Positions 60,584 through 64,000 of a stretch of 64,000 nucleotides of DNA are shown piece after piece. The translations under genes and the position numbers were made by a program. The notes under the pieces are model-generated. The model made no database searches and was not told where the DNA came from. It saw only the letters and a program-made list of their open reading frames with translations. Numbering within the stretch: the first letter of the stretch is position 1; the number at the start of each line of letters is the position of its first letter. This DNA comes from Thermoproteota archaeon (lineage in GTDB: Archaea; Korarchaeota; Korarchaeia; Korarchaeales; JAOZGB01), in contig JAVCBU010000011.1 in the NCBI GenBank assembly GCA_037917685.1, forward strand, positions 70,190-134,189, in the 5' to 3' direction.

Positions 60584-60642
60584 ATGTGGCATGTCCCACA
60601 GCTTACACCAGCCTGGTATGGTGATCGAGGGGGTGGAAATCA

Positions 60643-60879
60643 TTGCAGAAGAGGCTAAGTGAGCTAAGCCCTGGCGAGAAGGGAAGGATAGTAAGAGTTC
60701 TTGGAGACAGAAACCTGAGGAGGAGACTGCTAGACATGGGGCTTGTTAGAGGCGCAGAGGTCGTGATGGTTAGGAAGTCGCCGCTTGGCGATCCAATAGA
60801 GTTCCAGGTGAAAGGTTACAACCTTAGCCTTAGAAAGAGGGAATGCGAGAATGTTTATGTCACGGTGAACCCGAAATGA
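60643..60879 (+). CDS. feoA: FeoA family protein
   Basis: 78 aa, TTG start, SH3-like FeoA pattern (GEKGRIVRVLGD...RLLDMGLVRGAEV). Confidence 0.8.
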   Translation: MQKRLSELSPGEKGRIVRVLGDRNLRRRLLDMGLVRGAEVVMVRKSPLGDPIEFQVKGYNLSLRKRECENVYVTVNPK

Positions 60880-61115
60880 AGGTTCCGCTAGCCTTCGTTC
60901 CGGAGGGTGAAGAGGCGGTTGTAGTTGAGGTCCTCGGCGGCAAAGGGCTGGCAAGAAGGCTTTATGAGCTGGGATTAATGCCTGGGACGAAGGTTAAGGT
61001 TCTCACGTCGTGTTCCCCGGGCCCTCTGCTGATAGATATCAGAGGGTCAAGAATAGCATTAGGGAGGGGGGTTACGATGAAAATCATGGTGAACCCAGGT
61101 GAGAAGTATGATTAG
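60876..61115 (+). CDS. feoA: FeoA family protein (second copy)
   Basis: The start is taken at ATG 60876 (MKVPLAFVPEGEEAVVVEVLGGKGLARRLYELGLMPG), forming an ATGA overlap with the first feoA. Confidence 0.8.
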   Translation: MKVPLAFVPEGEEAVVVEVLGGKGLARRLYELGLMPGTKVKVLTSCSPGPLLIDIRGSRIALGRGVTMKIMVNPGEKYD

Positions 61116-61821
61116 AGTAGCTCTCATAGGTAACCCAAACGTTGGGAAGAGCTTAATCTTCAACAATCTGACTGGTGGGAAAGCCCACGTAGGAAACTGG
61201 CCAGGGAAAACGGTTGAGAAGAAGGTTGGAAAATGCATTCACAGAGGGGTTGAGATTGAGATAGTCGACCTCCCCGGAACTTACAGCCTAACTGCAAACT
61301 CGATAGATGAGCTGATCGCAAGGGATTACATAATTAAGGAGAAACCCGACGTTGTGGTCGACATAGTTGATGCCTCAAACCTCGAGAGAAACCTCTACCT
61401 AACCCTCCAGCTGCTGGAGCTTGAAGCAAACGTCGTAATAGCGCTTAATAAGTTTGATATATCCCGGGATATGGGTTTGGAGATTGACTGTGCCAAGCTC
61501 TCGGATCTTCTAGGTGTCCCAGTGGTCCCGACTGTTGCGACAACCATGGAGGGGATGGAAAAACTGAAAGATGTCATTGTGAGAGCAGCCATGGGGAAGA
61601 AAAAGGCGAGGCCAGTTAAGCTTAGCTACGGCAGTAAGATAGATGAGCTCATAGGTAGAATCGAGGAAATAGTGGTAAGGGATGAGAACCTTGCTAAGAT
61701 CTATCCTCCCAGATGGGTGGCGATTAAAGTGCTTGAGGCTGACGAGGAGATCTTAAAAATCGTTGAGAAGAGTCCCTACAAGCGTGATATAGTAAATCTT
61801 CTCCTTAAGGTGAGAAAATGA
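61099..61821 (+). CDS. feoB: FeoB N-terminal GTPase plus helical domain (separate ORF)
   Basis: G1 GNPNVGKS, G3 DLPG, G4 NKFD. The likely start is ATG 61108. It ends at a TGA overlapping the next ATG. Confidence 0.85.
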   Translation: MRSMIRVALIGNPNVGKSLIFNNLTGGKAHVGNWPGKTVEKKVGKCIHRGVEIEIVDLPGTYSLTANSIDELIARDYIIKEKPDVVVDIVDASNLERNLYLTLQLLELEANVVIALNKFDISRDMGLEIDCAKLSDLLGVPVVPTVATTMEGMEKLKDVIVRAAMGKKKARPVKLSYGSKIDELIGRIEEIVVRDENLAKIYPPRWVAIKVLEADEEILKIVEKSPYKRDIVNLLLKVRK

Positions 61822-63125
61822 GTGATAAGATAAGGGAGATCCTTGGGGAGGAAGCTGAGGTCCTGCTTGCAGAGAAAAGGTATGAGCTGATAGGCAGGAT
61901 CTTACCTCAGGTCTTAAGGGGGGAGAAGCCTCTAACAGTATCAGACCTTCTTGATAAAGCCTTCCTAAACAAGTATCTTGGGATACCAGTTTTCCTAGCC
62001 CTATGGTGGGCTCTTTTCCGCTTCACATTTGACGTCTCAGCTCCCCTCTCTGACCTTATAGACATACTTTTCGGAAAGCTGGAGGAGGCTGTCAGCGTGT
62101 ACATTACCAATGAACAGCTGGCATCCCTACTGGCTGACGGCATAATTGGCGGGCTTGGCAGCGTATTAGTCTTCCTGCCGCCAATATTCTTCCTATTCTT
62201 CGGCCTCTCCATACTCGAAGACAGCGGGTACCTTGCAAGGGCAGCATTCGTCGTCGACAGAGCAATGTATAAGCTTGGGCTTCATGGAAAGTCCTTCATA
62301 CCCATGCTGATAGGTTTTGGGTGTAATATTCCCGGCATCATGGCGACTAGGACAATAGATAGGGAGGAGGATAGGATATTAACAATTCTAGTTAATCCAC
62401 TAATGTCCTGCAGCGCCAGACTTCCGGTTTACGTCTTCATCGGAGGGGCGGTACTCGGCGGATACGCAGCTGCAGGCGTCTACTCTATGTACATACTCGG
62501 GATAGTCCTGGCAGTCCTCATGGCCCTTATTTTCAGAAGAGTAATCCCATATTTCAAGGGTAAGCCCTCCCCCTTCATCCTTGAGCTCCCCCTATACTCC
62601 ATGCCAACCTTGAAAAGTACAGCGCTCCACATGTGGGAGAGGGGGGTTCTATTTCTCAAGAAGGCTGGAACAATAATCCTACTGGCTACAGTTGCGATTT
62701 GGTTCCTTTCGGTTTTTCCATGGACAGCGGTACACGTGGGGGAGGAGCCCAACATTGAAGCCTCCTATATAGGCCGGCTGGGACACGCAATAGAACCCGT
62801 CTTTCGCCCTCTAGGCTTCGACTGGAGGGGGGCAGTTGCCCTGCTCTCCGGCTTCGTCGCCAAGGAGGTTGTTGTGGACACGTTTGGAGTGCTGGGCATC
62901 GGTGGACCCGGGGATCTCCAGCGGATCTTCACCCCGGTGACTGGTCTAGCCTTCATGGCCTTCACACTAGTCTATGTACCATGCCTTGCCACAGTAGGGG
63001 TAATCTACAGGGAAACCAACTCTTGGAAGTGGACCATTTTCTCAGTGATCTATCAGCTGATTCTCGCCTATCTCATCTCCCTCATGATAGTAGAAATAGG
63101 AGGAGTGGTAGGAGGAATAGGATAG
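61818..63125 (+). CDS. feoB: FeoB membrane (permease) domain (separate ORF)
   Basis: 435 aa polytopic protein with FeoB gate-region blocks (GCNIPGIMATR, LSGFVAKEVV). Confidence 0.85.
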   Translation: MSDKIREILGEEAEVLLAEKRYELIGRILPQVLRGEKPLTVSDLLDKAFLNKYLGIPVFLALWWALFRFTFDVSAPLSDLIDILFGKLEEAVSVYITNEQLASLLADGIIGGLGSVLVFLPPIFFLFFGLSILEDSGYLARAAFVVDRAMYKLGLHGKSFIPMLIGFGCNIPGIMATRTIDREEDRILTILVNPLMSCSARLPVYVFIGGAVLGGYAAAGVYSMYILGIVLAVLMALIFRRVIPYFKGKPSPFILELPLYSMPTLKSTALHMWERGVLFLKKAGTIILLATVAIWFLSVFPWTAVHVGEEPNIEASYIGRLGHAIEPVFRPLGFDWRGAVALLSGFVAKEVVVDTFGVLGIGGPGDLQRIFTPVTGLAFMAFTLVYVPCLATVGVIYRETNSWKWTIFSVIYQLILAYLISLMIVEIGGVVGGIG

Positions 63126-63126
63126 G

Positions 63127-63537
63127 ATGGTGGTGAGGATGGAAAGTCGGCGTAGCATAAGTATAGCAGCATGGTATGCCGCTATACTTGGAATTATCTA
63201 TCTAATAATTGGCATGGTAGAGTTTACAGCCGGATTGTATGATCTGTTCTCACCGGGGGCTGTCGAGGGCCTACTCATCTTCCCAGCAGATGTTTTTGGG
63301 GGGTTCTCCGCCTTTGTCACGGGTGCTGCCTACACTATTGGTGGAGTATCGCTACTTGGCAGAAAGCAGGAGGCTATAGGCTTCCTCCTGGCTGCCTTCC
63401 TCCTATCCATGGTTTTTGGAGGTCTCTACCTACTCATAGTAGGCGCAGACGGTTTTGAAACGCTAATATCCCTCTGTGAGGGGGGAAATGGACATGGGAG
63501 TGGCTGGCCCCAGCCGGGACGGGAACCGGAATTTTAA
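63127..63537 (+). CDS. small membrane protein, 3' end probably extends to 63650 through a frameshift in a G6 run
   Basis: 136 aa with 4 TM helices. After GGGGGG at 63480-63485 the -1 frame continues WTWEWLAPAGTGTGILRPEILLAAATSPLGYITLKAARKKL... to the TAA at 63648-63650. Confidence 0.5.
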   Translation: MVVRMESRRSISIAAWYAAILGIIYLIIGMVEFTAGLYDLFSPGAVEGLLIFPADVFGGFSAFVTGAAYTIGGVSLLGRKQEAIGFLLAAFLLSMVFGGLYLLIVGADGFETLISLCEGGNGHGSGWPQPGREPEF

Positions 63538-63692
63538 GACCTGAAATATTGCTGGCTGCGGCTACGTCACCCCTTGGATATATTACACTTAAAGCAGCAA
63601 GGAAGAAGCTTGACAACAAGACTTTTAAACGGTCTCCGAAAGGCTTTTAAGTCTGGTTTCATGAGCGGCCCTATATGAGGGTTGCTTGGGCT

Positions 63693-64000
63693 TTATATTA
63701 GGCGAACTGAGGAGGCCTTGAATGATAGGTAGACGGTGCTTCCCTTGTTGAGGTTCATCTCGACAAGGGACCTTTTGCTTATTAGAACTGTAAACTCGAG
63801 CTTAGACTTCACCTTCAAACGGACAAGGGGGCCTCTATCTGATATGTTAGATACAACTCCCTTGAAGGTGTTTCTCGCGCTGGACTTTGGCCGTTCATGG
63901 TATAGTGTGATGTCTTCTGGCCTTATGCAAGCCTTTACCCGCCCCGTCTTCTGGTCTGTAGACGTTATCTCTACGCCTCCAACATTAACCAGTGTGATTC
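63693..64000 (-). CDS. C-terminal TOBE domain of an ABC transporter ATPase (molybdate/tungstate/sulfate type), gene runs off the right edge
   Basis: The reverse strand reads ...RPEDITLYHERPKSSARNTFKGVVSNISDRGPLVRLKVKSKLEFTVLISKRSLVEMNLNKGSTVYLSFKASSVRLI, with the stop at 63693-63695. This is the typical TOBE pattern. Confidence 0.65.
   Translation of the reverse strand, partial: ITLVNVGGVEITSTDQKTGRVKACIRPEDITLYHERPKSSARNTFKGVVSNISDRGPLVRLKVKSKLEFTVLISKRSLVEMNLNKGSTVYLSFKASSVRLI

Overview
Gene-dense (about 88% coding) chromosomal segment, archaeal by gene content: TIP49/RuvB-like ATPase, CDC48, deoxyhypusine synthase, a Phr-like heat-shock regulator, tungsten AOR, indolepyruvate:ferredoxin oxidoreductase, frequent GTG/TTG starts and ATGA-type overlaps. 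It looks like an anaerobic, peptide-fermenting thermophile of the TACK/Crenarchaeota type, GC near 48%. I found no rRNA, tRNA, CRISPR array or transposase. Main blocks: (i) ABC exporter, KaiC/GvpD-like ATPase and aconitase-X; (ii) PP1 phosphatase, DHS, HypB and Mrp; (iii) a Na+-pumping methylmalonyl-CoA decarboxylase-type operon with birA embedded and DUF2877 plus a second KaiC-like ATPase behind it; (iv) mocA, coxLMS-type molybdoenzyme and xdhC; (v) a decayed MNT/HEPN pair; (vi) RHH, DUF362 and a YkoEDC-like ECF transporter; (vii) AOR and IOR; (viii) HypA and TIP49; (ix) vapBC; (x) a Phr-like regulator, hsp20 and cdc48 operon; (xi) a 1064-aa GNAT giant protein and a 1030-aa SF2 helicase, both mostly uncharacterised; (xii) cysS and a disrupted 5'-nucleotidase; (xiii) dtxR with feoA, feoA and a split feoB. 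The most striking pattern is the number of interrupted genes. At least six ORF breaks behave as if exactly one base is missing from a short homopolymer. There is also one in-frame TAG at a conserved Tyr, and a 73-bp duplication/insertion. Four of the point lesions fall in the decarboxylase genes. I see no clear-cut new defence system. The best candidates for unexplored biology are the GNAT-giant/helicase neighbourhood, the small cassette carrying a PD-(D/E)xK-like protein, and the paired KaiC/GvpD-like ATPases. All family calls come from motif recognition by eye, not database searches.
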